Positions 13,538 to 27,189 of a stretch of DNA of 64,000 nt are shown piece by piece; within the stretch, counting starts at the first letter, position 1; each line of letters opens with the position of its first letter. The notes under the pieces were generated by a model. That model did no database searches. It was given only the letters and a program-made list of their open reading frames with translations, and had not been told where the DNA came from. The DNA is from Octopus vulgaris (taxonomy: Eukaryota): positions 196,912,001 to 196,976,000 of the forward strand of contig OX597814.1 in assembly GCA_951406725.2 (NCBI GenBank), read 5' to 3'. The position numbers and the translations under genes are program-made.

Positions 13538-14084
13538 ATACATATAAATATATATATATACATATACACACATATATATATATGCATATATATATATATG
13601 CTTATATATATATATATATATATATATAAATGTACGTATGTATATATGCATATTTGTGTGTATATACATATGTTTATGTATGTATATATATATGTAAATA
13701 TATATATATATGTGTTTGTGTGTGTGTGTGTGTGTATGTGTGTGTATATATATGTATGTATATATATATATAAATGAGTAACAAATGTGTAATAAGTGTC
13801 AATTCATTACAGCCGTTTCGAGTTACTACATTAATTGATCAATGAAAGTATTACATCATTGCAAAGAAATCGGTCTCATCATATGACCGCATAGATCTCA
13901 AGTATAAGGGACAAATTGGATAATTAAACATATTCATATCGTCAATAGAGAGCAAATATCTACAATGATTCTGCCGCTAAATGTTTTGGCAGAATCAATT
14001 GTTTGAGTGTGCAAAGAAGTTTGTCCTAACAAGGTGCCTTAAGTTAAGTACCTAATTCAACTGAATTTATATTACGTATGTTCT

Positions 14085-14314
14085 ATATTTTTATTTGTTT
14101 CAGTCATTTGACTTCGGTCATTCGACTTCAGTCATTTGACTTAGTCATTTGACTTAGTCGAACAAATCGACTCCAGGATTTATTCTTTGTAAGCTTATCG
14201 GTCTCTTTTGCCGAACTGTTATGTTACAGGGACGTAAACACACCAACATTGGTTGTCAAGCGATGGTAGGGGGACAAACACACACGCGCGCGCGCGCACA
14301 CCACACACACATAC

Positions 14315-14349
<35 letters not shown>

Positions 14350-14520
14350 TAGATATATACGAGGTGACTCAGTTTCCGTCTATCAAATCCACTCACAAGG
14401 CTTTAGTCGGCTCGAGGCTATAGTAGAAGATATTTGCCCAAGGTGCCACGCATTGGGACTGAATCCGGGACCATGTGGTTGGTAAGCAAGTTACTTACCA
14501 CAGTGCCACCCATGCGCCTA
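14085..14520 (-). mobile_element. SINE family B with amplified tail stem (AGTCATTTGACTT repeats)
   Basis: Homology to other family-B copies. Confidence 0.85.
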
Positions 14521-14556
14521 TATATATATATATGTATGTATGTATGTGTGTATGTA

Positions 14557-14603
<47 letters not shown>

Positions 14604-14839
14604 ACACATCCATCACGGGATGACACAACAATGAAGTCTAGAATTGGTGTTGTATGGTATTTGATATACCTGCATTTGTCTATGTTCTTCATATACCTAC
14701 CAATTTCCAAATTATTCTGTTGGTCTCGTATTTGTTCATATTATGCATATTAACTAGGCCATAATGATGTTCTACATAGTTATGGATTTATGGATTACTA
14801 AATCCATGATTGATAGTTAAATCCAGAAACTTTTTAATT

Positions 14840-14945
14840 CTGTCTGTTTATTTCCTCGTGTTCCTTTCCGATGGAGAGCATGGGCTCGAAACGTAAAAGA
14901 CTTTCTCACTATCCCGAGCGTCAAACTGCTTGTTGTTTATACACA
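14840..14945 (+). mobile_element. family H1 element with degenerate HHR (14861-14901)
   Basis: CCUUU-CCGAUGG-A-GAGC(AUGG)GCUC-GAAA-CG-UA-AAAGAC. Confidence 0.6.
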
Positions 14946-16114
14946 AAATAAGGTTGGATAATTATCGTGCTGATAACGGCCTCTGAGCCAGAAACATATC
15001 CTTTTGCTTAATAACATCTTAGTTCTGGAGATTATTTGAATCTTAATGTATCTCCCTTTCTTTACATGGAGTTTTTTCTTATTTCCTAGTGGGTAATTTT
15101 GATTTGCTCTAGAGGCGAAGGTAATTTTTATAATCAAGAATTTACGCTGTAAGCTATTAGATGAATGTAAGTGCGCGTGTATCTGTGTGTGATGTGAAAC
15201 CTGACTACAATATATTCAGTTATTGTATAAGAAAATATCCTGCATGTAAAATCAAATATTCTGTGTGTTAATCTTTTCTCGTCATCTTAAAAGTACATAA
15301 CCTATTTTATGCTAACGACGAATATTATTTCATAGTGGCTAGCTTGAATTTAAAGATACTTAATTTTCTGCTGACTTCCACTGAGACAAGGAGAAGGTTA
15401 TTCCGTCCAGACGTACTCCAAATTATAATGAACATCTTATAACAAAGTAGAACATCTTATAACAAAGTAGGACATATTGAATAATAATGACAAATACGCA
15501 AAAGAAAAGTGAGATAGTTTAGCACCGAATGGAACATTTTAATAATTACTCCGCTAAATGAAATCTGGCTTAACGACAAACAACAATAACAATAATCTGA
15601 AACGCGAAAGAAGAAATGAACGTGTTCGCCGTTAAAGGATTCTTTTCTCTTTTCGTGAAACTGTGTCCACCTGCTGCCAAATGTTTCTGTGAGAAGAATA
15701 ATTTTGGAACGCAGGCACTTATTCTGCAAGACAAACTTACTTGTCATTCTTCAAAATTCGATTCAATTCTAAACATAGATACCACTATATTCGTGATCAA
15801 CCCACCAATATTAGCTTCGCTATTACACTTTCTCTAGACCAGTAGTTTACTTGGGTTGGCAACGAATATTAAATTCGGTGAATTCTATGTCATTTTATTA
15901 GAGCAACAATCTGTCGAGAAATACTTGGAATAAATTCAAGTAATTCGGGAAGAAATATAGTATTAGCTAAGCAGTAAAATATATAAAAGATAGCCTCGAG
16001 ATAAGTTTAACTTAGTCTTATTTAGGCTTTAGGGAAAAATATTTTCAAATACATATGGTGCCCACTTGATAGTCGTTAATACAACTTTTCTCCTTCTTCT
16101 TCTTCTTCTTCTTC

Positions 16115-16154
<40 letters not shown>

Positions 16155-16166
16155 CATTATTATTAT

Positions 16167-16924
16167 AGCCTTCTTTCAATTGTGTTTCCATATCTTGCCG
16201 AGTGTCTTTCCGACACCTAGGGCAAAGAAACTCACAATATGCATTGGTAGGACATTAAAATAAACACAGCACATTGTCTATTTACAAAGTCCTGTGATAG
16301 GAAAAAAGGGGAAGAAAAACAGAGAAAAAGGAAAGAAGAGATACAAGAAAAAAGTTTAAAAAGGAAAAATAAATAAAAGGGAAAAATGGAAGCAAAATTC
16401 CTAGCGACAATGTTCATCTCAATGCGCGTGACGTACCAGTTAAGACAATCTTTTGCATTTCTTGCATGAATGGTGAGCCAGAGATCATCCTCAAATAATG
16501 AGACTACTATACTATCACTGGTATTGTAGCTGTCTTTCAGTCAGCAAATCTTTATATTTTTCTGAGCTTATCAAATTCTCTTTGCCGAGATATTATGATC
16601 ACAAAGTATGCTCATGTCAAGTAATAAACAGACTATATAATTTTGGTCTTCCACAACAATATCTGGTTTATTAGCTTTGATGGTCTAGTCTGTACATACT
16701 GAGAAGTCCCAAAGTATCGTTACATTTTTCCCACTCAGTTACAGTCTCAGGGTGGTGCTTGTACCATTTGTCAGCAGTTTTGATTTTATAATGCCGACAT
16801 ATTATACAGCGTAGATATTGGCCAACTCTGTCATGTCCTGAGATATGCTCTACAGATGCTAAAACCCACTTTCATTCTCATCGATGCAGTATCGACATTT
16901 TGGGTCTACTCCATTTTTCATCAC
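16167..16924 (-). pseudogene. R4/Dong-clade non-LTR retrotransposon: zinc finger + restriction-like endonuclease + 3'UTR
   Basis: Minus translation with stops and frameshifts: VDPKCRYC..HDRVGQYL..KWYKHHPETV..TILWDF..KANKPDIVV..CLLLDMS..KYKDL..QEMQKIVLTGTSRALR*; (TAA)n tail. Confidence 0.9.
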
Positions 16925-16937
16925 ATTATTATTATTA

Positions 16938-17256
16938 TTTTACTTCTCAGAGTTCTCCCTATTACTTGCTCTGGTTGATTCTGTGAGAGCAGACAACAAC
17001 CTGTTGCCAGATATCTGGCAATATCTCTTTCTACAAATTATAAGTTTCGGTATTTGAATGCTGATTTGTCGTGGAAGACACTCAGCAGCCAAGCACCAAT
17101 CTCAAAATCCTAGCTGACCCCAGTAGAACAGTTTTAATGGTTTCCTCTGCCCTAATGTTAATTCCAGTTTCTCCAATGTATTACACGAAATTGGTTGTTA
17201 CTCTTCCGAGTGCCCTTGCAACAACTGAGATAGCAGTTACCGCTCCTCATTGCTCA

Positions 17257-17258
<2 letters not shown>
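16938..17258 (-). pseudogene. second R4/Dong-type element 3' end
   Basis: Minus: AISVVARALGRVTTNFV*YIGETGINIRAEETIKTVLLGSARILRLVLGC*; flanked by (ATT)n. Confidence 0.85.
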
Positions 17259-17319
<61 letters not shown>

Positions 17320-17329
17320 CATTATTATT

Positions 17330-17385
<56 letters not shown>

Positions 17386-17430
17386 CATCATCATCATCAT
17401 AATTATTATTATTATTATTACTACTACTAC

Positions 17431-17490
<60 letters not shown>
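17258..17490. repeat. (TAT)n/(CAT)n tract
   Basis: Direct reading. Confidence 0.95.
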
Positions 17491-17492
<2 letters not shown>

Positions 17493-18263
17493 ATGGTGAT
17501 ATTCTAGAAATTTGTTTTCAAATATGCTAAATAAAGACCATAGTATAGTCGACAAAGAAACTTTGCAACAATGACGCAGGAGCTGAAACGTGAATGATTT
17601 TAAGTATACGATATTTAGAATTTATGGCACGCTTTTAACATGACTTTCACCAAACAAGGCCTTGTGGAGTTAAGAGAAGTGAAACTCAACGGCAAGTGTC
17701 ATGTACGCAACGCGAAAGAGATTATTCACAAGCGGTTTTAACAGCAAAAATGTTAATGACATAACTTCTTTTTTAGAACGATTTTCAGAAAGAAAAAAAA
17801 AGGTATATTTTCAATGAGCAACGGAATAAATCGAAGCGCTGAGTTATTATAGAGACGAATAAACAGCTCGTAAGAAAGCAAAACAGTTAACTTTTGATGC
17901 TCATTTTTATAAAAATATATCTGGCAGTGCGAAATATATAATTTATTGTTTAGTATTTTCTTTACGTAAACTAAACAAAATGGGTATATTTTTCGAGATT
18001 AAATTACATATCATTTTGTACAAAAGATTTTTTCCTATATAAACTGTGTGCATATTTTGATTGAATTACATATAATTTTGCTCAAAGATTTTTTTTTATA
18101 CACGTAAGGGATATGAAACGCAGATATATCATAAAGAAGCGTATATTTCTTTCAATAAACACAAGAAACTATCTACATAAAAATCTATGCCTTACCCGCC
18201 TCAGATAAAAACGTTCCTCAAAGGATGTAACAACAAAGCGAAGTATTAATTTTGTTATTGAAA

Positions 18264-18308
<45 letters not shown>

Positions 18309-18705
18309 TGTGCATGCACTCCTGTAATCTCGTATCGTGTAATAAAGGTTGGCAGATACAAAATAAGTAAACTAATAACTCAGGGCTTGAGGTAGTAGAA
18401 CGTGTTGCATTTATAATTGGGTTACATGTTTACAGAATTAATGCCGTTCCGACTCTGTGGGAATCTCTGGGGAACAGAAACGGTATTAAATCCCAAAATT
18501 ATAAAATTACAACCAAATAAAAAAAATATATGTGTTTATACATAGGTATCTATATGTATATATACATTTATGTATGCTTGCATATACGTATATACTTATA
18601 TGTATATTTATATATATGTGTATGCGTATGTGCGTGTGAGTATGTATATATATATATATATATGCCCCTCTCTCTATATATATGTATATATATATATATA
18701 TGTGC

Positions 18706-18756
<51 letters not shown>

Positions 18757-18938
18757 CATACAAACACACATATATATGTTATCTATATTTTTAGCTATAT
18801 GCGTGTTTCTGCGAGTGCGTGGGTATCGTTAAAATAACATGTGATATAAGCTGCTAGAAAAGAACAAAGTATCATTATTATTAATATGGTATTAGTTTTA
18901 ACCACTTAAAATTACTTGAAATGTGTATGGAGTAAGCT

Positions 18939-18967
18939 GACGCTTCGGACGTTAGTCCTTCTTTAGC
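18939..18967 (-). ncRNA. degenerate minimal hammerhead motif
   Basis: CUAAAGA-A-GGAC(UAAC)GUCC-GAAG-CG-UC; two core substitutions and stem I lost. Confidence 0.4.
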
Positions 18968-19272
18968 AAGAAAGAAATTGAAGGCGAAAAATAGATGAGG
19001 AAAATAGTGGGCAACAGGGGAAATAGGAAAAGAAAGACTTGAAAGGAAGTTAAAGGTTTAGGAGCCATGGTAATGCTGTTGCATGTTAGGGTCAAGAATA
19101 TCGGTGGCGGCAGTGCTGTAGTGGCTTGCGATAGACTGTATATTCAGAAGTGCAAGTATATATATGTACACATGTGTATGCCTACGTAAATATAGTCAAA
19201 CGCATATATGTATATTTGTGTGAATGTATATAAATATATGCGTGCGTGTGTGTTTGTGCTTGTGTGTCTATG

Positions 19273-19313
<41 letters not shown>

Positions 19314-19691
19314 ATGTATTGATATATATGTTTGTGTGTGTGTGTGTGATTAAATACGCACTTACTCTTACAATTTTACTCTTATAATTTTATAATTTTA
19401 TATTCATATAATTTCGTTTGTTTCTGTTTTAGCATACATTCGCTAGCTTTTTCCCTGTAGCTTAATAACAGCACTGGCACCTCCAAAATTAAGTGCTCTC
19501 AAAGGTAATGGCGCGAAACCACCATGATAGTTTGCGTCATTCACTGACGAGGAAATCTCAACTGCGAATATTCTGTGTATCGTGACTTTGTTTAAATTTC
19601 CCATATGATCTACTTTCGTCTAGCTTTTTCTCCTGTTCTTTCTGCTCAAATCTTGATGCATTCATACACACATACATGCACACACACACAG

Positions 19692-19741
<50 letters not shown>

Positions 19742-19747
<6 letters not shown>

Positions 19748-19940
19748 TTTATAGAAGGAGCTTCTACAGGACTAGAACTTTTTCATTCAAAAGAAATCAT
19801 CAGGAAGCTCTTCCTGATGATTTCTTTTGAATGAAACAGTTCTAGTCGTGTAGAGTCTCCTTCTATAAAATAAATTAATTTACTCTGCTATGTATTGAGT
19901 ACCTTATTTACTGTGGTTAACCCCGACTCAACCCGGGACC

Positions 19941-19945
<5 letters not shown>
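19742..19945. mobile_element. (TA)n-embedded element: ~134-bp near-perfect palindrome (19742-19875) with a hammerhead on each strand plus a unique tail
   Basis: Arms ATTTATTTTATAGAAGGAG..TCATCAGGAAG / CTTCCTGATGA..CTCCTTCTATAAAATAAAT. Confidence 0.8.
19758..19810 (-). ncRNA. type-I hammerhead ribozyme motif (one stem-III mismatch)
   Basis: GAGCUUC-CUGAUGA-UUUC(UUUU)GAAU-GAAA-AAG(UUCUAGUC)CUG-UA-GAAGCUC; 7-bp perfect stem I. Confidence 0.7.
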
Positions 19946-19992
<47 letters not shown>

Positions 19993-20442
19993 CATATGAC
20001 TGTGTGTGTGTGTGTGTAACTATATATATATATATATGTGTGGGGGGGGGGTGTTTATGAAAGGGTGTGTATTTACTGCATAACAAAATATATAAGAATT
20101 GGTGTTTACATATATACAGTGACTAATTGTATATTTTCTAAGACGGTATAGCCATAGAGACCAAACACTTTTCCTATAGAGGTGATTTATGAATCAATTG
20201 CATAAACAAGAACATGCATTATATTCGAACCGATTTCTCCAATGTATTGAATACCTTGCTGTAAACTATGTCACTATGGAAACTCTAAGATATTACTAAC
20301 TCCCTGACAAGATATGAACTTGTCACTACAACATTTTCTGTCCACAGAGATATTGTTTTGAATTTAAGGTGGGAAAATATTTGACACACAGTGAAACAAG
20401 CATCGTTAACGCACCAGTAAATTCTATCTATCTATATTTCTT

Positions 20443-20525
<83 letters not shown>

Positions 20526-20534
20526 GTCTGTCTA

Positions 20535-20567
<33 letters not shown>

Positions 20568-20719
20568 TTATCTATCTCTGTGTATAACTATTAAATCTAT
20601 TAATGCATCTGTTTATCATAAGCGGGGCAGAGCATGCCCTTGTCTTTTAATTTCAATCATGCTAACGACCTATCTCTGTTTATCACGATATAAGTGCATT
20701 TATTCTCCTTTCTCACTCT

Positions 20720-20773
<54 letters not shown>

Positions 20774-20818
20774 GCGTATGTGTGTGCGTGCCTGTGTGTG
20801 AGTTTATATACATATACA

Positions 20819-20895
<77 letters not shown>

Positions 20896-21439
20896 CATGT
20901 ATGCATGTATGTATATCGGTCTATTGATCAACTGGACGGATTGTATTCATTTCAATGAAGAGCAAATACAGGAAATAAATACGTAGATGTCATCACGCCA
21001 TCAATTTTGTATCTATGGAAGTGTGTATAGCCAAATGTGTGTATATTCAGTACTCTAAAATGTTGCTGTTTGTGTTTGGATCTGTATAAGCGTGTGGCGG
21101 TATGTTTGTCCATTTGCAGGAGCGTGTGCATTTGCGTTCGTATAGTTCTCTGCCTGTGTGTGTGTTTGTTTGAGTGTGTGTTTGGTGTATGAGTGCATGG
21201 GACGTGTTTCCATATCTTCTATATGTGCTGGACAGAAGCCGACGCCGCTGTTTGCAGAGAAATAGAGGCTGGAATTGTTTGGCAAGTTGTAAAATGTAAA
21301 CATTAGCATGTAGAGCAAGTATGAGAGAATCAATATCTATTGAAAGAAAGAAGAAAGAGCTGGCGACCGAGCGAGCGAGACAGACAAGACACAGACAAAT
21401 ATAGAAAAAGATGGAGAATGTTGGGAATAGCTATAAAAG

Positions 21440-21600
21440 TAGCCGTGTGTGTGTGTTGTAAGAAGCTGGCTTCCCAACCACATGGTCCCGGGTTCAGTCC
21501 CTCTGCGTGGCACATTGGACAAGTGTCTTCTGTTATAGCCTCAGACCAACCAAAGCCTTGTGAGTGGATATGATAGACGGAAACTAAAGGAAGTTCGTCG

Positions 21601-21631
<31 letters not shown>

Positions 21632-22222
21632 TTCTGTACGTATGTATGTATGTATTGGTGTGTCGGTGTTTCCCTACCATCGCTTGGCAACCGATGTTGG
21701 CATGTTTACGGTCCGTAACTTGGTGGTAGGGCTATAGATTCCAGTAGAATATGTACTAGGTTTACATGGGGCAATTTCTTCAGCTAACACCCTTTAAGGC
21801 GGTGCTCCAGCATGGCCGCAGGCAAATGACTTAAACCAGTAAAATAATACAAGAATAAAAGAATACTCTTTTATTCTTTTATTCTTTTACTTGTGTCAGT
21901 GATTTGACTGCGACCATGGTAGAGCACCACCTTTAATCGAACAAATCAACCCCAGGAGTTATTCTTTGTAAGCCTAGTACTTTATTTATCGGACCCTTTG
22001 CCGAGCTGTTAAGTTACGGGCACATAAGCACGCCAACATCGGTTTTCAAGCGATGGTGGGTGGGGGGGACACAGACACACAAACATATCTGTATATATAT
22101 ATATGCGACGGACTTTTTTCTGTTTCCGTCTACCAAATCCACTCACTAGACTCTGTGGGCCCGTGTCTATAGGTGCCACGCAGTGGGACTGAAGCCGAAA
22201 CCATGTGGTTGGGAAGGAAGCC
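21440..22222. mobile_element. tail-to-tail pair of SINE family B (21440-21865 +, 21866-22222 -)
   Basis: Tails AAGAATAAAAGAATA / CTCTTTTATTCTTTTATTCTTTT abut; bodies are mutually reverse-complementary. Confidence 0.85.
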
Positions 22223-22240
22223 TCTTACCACACAGCCACG

Positions 22241-22344
<104 letters not shown>

Positions 22345-22573
22345 TGTGTGTGTGTGAATCTGAGTGTCTGTATGCATATATATATATGGACATAATTCAA
22401 CGGTTTGAATGTTGGGCTTACAGTCGAGATGTTATGTCGGTTTCCGGACCGGGCTGCGTGTTGTGTTCTTGAGCAAGACACTTTATTTCACGATGTCTCC
22501 AGTTGACTCACCTGAGTTGAGACGTCACTGGCGCCACATGGGCACAAGAACACATACACACAACACACACACT

Positions 22574-22605
<32 letters not shown>

Positions 22606-23102
22606 CATAAACACACACACACACACAGAGCACAGCAAACACGCTCATGCACACAAACCCACACATTAATATACATATATTTCCTTTTCTTTTACTTCTT
22701 TCAGTCTTTTGACTGCGGCCATGCTGGAACACCCCCTTTAGTCGAACAAATCCACCCCATGAGTTATTTTTGCCGAATCGCTAGGTTCGACTAATGGTCG
22801 TCCTCCAGCATGGCCGCAGTCAAATCACTGTAATAAATAATTATATCGATAGAGAATACAGGGACTGGTACATCCTCAGAATGTATTCCCTTTTATTCTA
22901 CCGTATGTCATTCACCATATTTTATGGTTACGATGAATTACACGTATTTCCACTCCACAGAGTATGTGCAGTTGTATATGCAATAGGGCATAACAGCTTT
23001 GTGCAGCAGATCTGAAATCCAATATGGTTGTAAAAACATGAGCGCTACCAGAAATATATATATATATATATATATATATATCTATATATATATATATATA
23101 TA

Positions 23103-23395
23103 TCACCGTGATCACCACCGTGACCGACCAGGCTATCAGATGGTCACAATGCGCTTCGCATTGTTTTAGCCTTCAAATGACGCCCCCCCCCCCCCTGGCT
23201 AAGCGAGCAGGCGAACAGAAGAAGGAGAGAAAGTTGTGGCGAAAGAGTAAAGCAGGGACCGCCACCAGGGACTGCTGGAGCCTCGTGGAGAGTTTAGGTG
23301 TTTTCGCTCAATAAACACTCACAATGCCCAGTCTGGGAATCGAAACCGCGATCCTACAACCGCGAGTCAGCTGCCCTAACAAATGGGCCATTGCG

Positions 23396-23399
<4 letters not shown>
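23103..23399 (-). mobile_element. SINE family C, tail type 2 (GGTCGGTCACGGTG)
   Basis: Same head as 9051-9438; different 3' part shared with 56604-56907. Confidence 0.85.
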
Positions 23400-23467
<68 letters not shown>

Positions 23468-24464
23468 TTTTACTCTTACGTTTTTCTCTCTTTCTCTCTT
23501 TTATTCTTTTACCTCCCCTTCTCCCATTATTCTATCCTATTACTCTTTGTTTTTTTCTCTCTTATTCTTCTACCTCCCCTTTTCCTCCTCTGCCTTTTAT
23601 CTCACTTATCCTATCTTAATTTTCTCATTTCCCCCTCACAGTTCTCTGTCTGTCACTCTCTTTCCTTCACTCTCCCTCCCTTGTTCACGTGGCTCCCACG
23701 TGACCATCGGCCATCTTCTCCTAACATGTGTTTCTTTCTCTCCGTTGTAGCTGGATAAAGGAAGACGTATTCTTGTCTGTCTCCTGTCCAAGGTTGATTT
23801 ACGCGTTCGTCACCACAACCTCGTTTAGGCTTAGATAGATAGATACATCTGTGCTGTTTCTGTTACTAATTTTGACCCTCCGCAAAATCCCAAGTGTTAT
23901 TTAATTTGCCTTGCATGAGCAACTGTCTTATCGAAAGCGTATCTTGTCGTTAAATGTTCGAAATACGCGAGTAGAAAAATAGCCAACAACTGATGAAGGG
24001 TCGTTATTTTTGGTGTTTGTCTTGTTTTGCATTTGTGTCTTTCGTTGTTCGAAAAAATAGTCCATATTCCATGTACTTGTACTTCGTATTTTTTGTAGTA
24101 CACATTGCATGACGTCCTGTGCCCACATATGCATATATATATGTATGACAAATACTCTGACAGTTACTGAGAATACGGAAATTAATGCATCAACTAAAAA
24201 GTATGCAGATGCATTAATCTCAGTATTCATTGCAATTTTCTTGGGTATTTCTCGGTAAATTATTCATAATCGAGCGAAGCTGACCCAGTATTTACGCATT
24301 AGGTGGAATATACTGGGATTGCTTACTACAAGTAATCCTAGGTGCTCCTTATACCTCGATGCGCTATTATATAACTTCGATTATAACTGAGTGCTCGAAC
24401 GGTCAATCCCCACCTGGATATTTTATCCTTATCTATCTATCTCTGTACATATATATATATATTC

Positions 24465-24541
<77 letters not shown>

Positions 24542-25553
24542 CATATATATCTAGAAGTATATGTATATACATTATACAAATCGATCGTCACGTGCATACA
24601 TGTATGTGTGTTCGCGTGTGTGCATAAATGATAGAATATGCCACACATTATGAACACTCTCTTGGGTCCATTATAAAGTAGAAGCATATTTTCAAGCGGT
24701 AAGTTTGTTCTGAACATTTGATAATGCAATCTATATATAAGGGACATTGTTGTTAATGAAATATATGTAAGATGACGTAAATAATTTATGAAGAAACTTC
24801 CGTTTTCGTTTTGCCTACAAAGGCTCTCATATACATATATTACATAATATACATAGATACACATACACACACGCATACGTACACATATACACAAATACAG
24901 CCAGATTGACAGGCAGATAGTCAAACAGAAAGGCAGACTGATATACATGCATCCACATATACAGACACATTCTTAGATGATGGATATACATTTTCATACA
25001 CACATATCCATACGTAGGGACATGCACGAACGCATACACAGATGCATGGACGTTCATATCGACATGCACACATTGAAACGCATACAAATGCACACACACA
25101 TACACACACACATGTAAGTTAATATGGGTTTCGTTTGCTGAAATATAATTAACTTGGAATTACAAGTAATTTATGAAGTAACCTTTTGAAGTATATACGA
25201 CTAATCCCTCATCTATTGATCTGACAGATTACATGAAATTAATCAGTTAACTTCCATTGTCACTTTAGCATATGAGAGATATAATACATGTATTGATTCC
25301 TTTTGTAGCAGTCCTACTTTTAGAGGGATTGGTATCATCGATCAAATCACATAAAATGCATTGCCATTGAACATATCGATCTACAGCAAAGAAAGGGACA
25401 GTGAAGCCTGATGAGATTTGAACCTCATTTACTGGATCATTGACGTCACAGACGGTGTTTTGTTAAATGGCTCCAGACGAGCACTAATCGACCAGATCTA
25501 TTCTTAATGTCATTCCAGCCATGACCAACAGATATAATGTATTTAGGACCCCA

Positions 25554-25898
25554 TTATTACCTCCGCCTTAGCGAAGGCGGATGTATTGTTTACAGTGGTG
25601 TTTGTTTGACCGTGGACAAGAAATCTCTAGAACCGCTGGATGGATTCGGATGAAACTTTCAGGGGTGTTTGGCTTCGTGACTGGAACAAACTGATTTCAT
25701 TATGGGATCGATTTGGTACCAGACAAGAATTCTGGATTATATTTCCTGTTTTGTTAGCTGTCGGTTTCATTTTTAGTATTGTCGTTTGTGAGAGCAGTCG
25801 AGTTTATTTCAGATATTCTCATTTTAAAAATCATCGGCTAATCGTTGAGAGGACGTTGGTTTTGCCTTGGCGGAGGTTTGCGCTCTCTGAGTACTTTT
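25554..25898 (+). mobile_element. Helentron-associated non-autonomous element (HINE/DINE-1-like)
   Basis: 5' TTATTACCTCCGCC with internal stem-loop; 3' subterminal GGCGGAGGT followed by a GCGCTC-TCT-GAGTAC hairpin and TTTT. Confidence 0.75.
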
Positions 25899-25899
25899 A

Positions 25900-26460
25900 A
25901 TTTATTTCTCCTTTACTTGTTTCAGTCATTTGACTGCGACCTTGCTGGGGCACAACTTTTTATCGAATGGCATTTATGTTTTTTTAAAGCTCGATGCTTA
26001 TTTTATCGGTCTTTTACCTGAACTGCTAAGTTACGGAGACGTAAACATACCAACACCGGTTGTCTATCGGTGGTGGGTGTTAAACACAGACACACATATG
26101 CCTACGCACACACACACACGCACATACGTATGTATGAGAGGCTTCTTTTAGTTTCCATCATCTACCAAATCCACTCAGAAAGTTTTGATCGAACCGAGGC
26201 TATAGGAGAAAATACTTGCCTAAGGTATCACACAATGGAACTGAACCCGGAACCATGTGGTTGGGAAGTAAACCTCTTATTTCTTTACTGCCCACAAGGG
26301 ACTAAATATATTTATACGACGGTCTTCTTTCGGTTTCCGTCTACCAAATCCATATCCCGAGGCTATAATAGCAGGCACTTGCCTAACGTGCCTTGCAATG
26401 GAACTGAACCCGGAATCATATCCCTGGGAAGTAAACCTCTACCCACACAGCTACGCATGC
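25900..26460 (-). mobile_element. SINE family B copy plus a partial second copy
   Basis: CTTGTTTCAGTCATTTGACTGCG..CTACCAAATCCA..GAACCATGTGGTTGGGAAG. Confidence 0.8.
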
Positions 26461-27189
26461 GTTTTGCTTACTTTTTCTAATTTTTGAAGCAATAGACAGT
26501 GATTTGAGGTATATTTGGTTGTTATTTCTTGCGAGGTTTTTCCATTGTGCAAATGCCTCATCGTTGACTTGAGAAAGAAGCGTAACATTTTCTAGTAGAC
26601 TACTAAATGTTTCACCATATCAATTCGTTAACTAGCTCTGCGTTCATCAACGCAATCAGCGAAGTATTGGAAGCTATTACAACTTGTGTAATTCCTCGCA
26701 GTAAAAACCGGTAATTCTTTTAAGTGGTCCTAATGTCTTTTACCTGAATAGCTATGAAAGACAAGACAAATCTTTCTTCGGGGCATCTTTATTTCTGATG
26801 AAGATGAAGATTAAAACTAGAATTTTATGATTCGACAATGATAAAATATCTAACGTTCTGAGATGCGTAACTCTTATAGAGACGATAATTTTCCAAGACA
26901 ATTAATCTTCTCATCAAATAAATACTTGTATATGAGTTTCAGATTATGGCACAATGCCAGCAAATTGACAGAAGGGTTACGTCTATTATATCGACCCCAA
27001 TGTTCGACTAGAACTTATTTTAATGACCCCCTAAAGAATGAAAGGTACGTGAACAATTCTGCCAGCTCGTTGGCTAGAAGTCGTACATTTTTACTGGTTG
27101 GAAATTTTGGACAAAGTCAACCATTTCCGGAGAGGAGACAAGTCGAAAACATTGGCCCCAGCGTTCAAATAGTACTTATTATATTATTT

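Noticed and set aside
18388-18398. TGAGGTAGTAG, matching the let-7 5' end
   Set aside because: Only 11 nt match, the remainder diverges, and there is no well-paired star arm.
19544-19585. Further CTGANGA words (19544, 26795, 53066) and CTCATGA..CCGAAAC at ~34050
   Set aside because: GAAA box or stems are missing or weak; cannot be distinguished from chance or very old relics.
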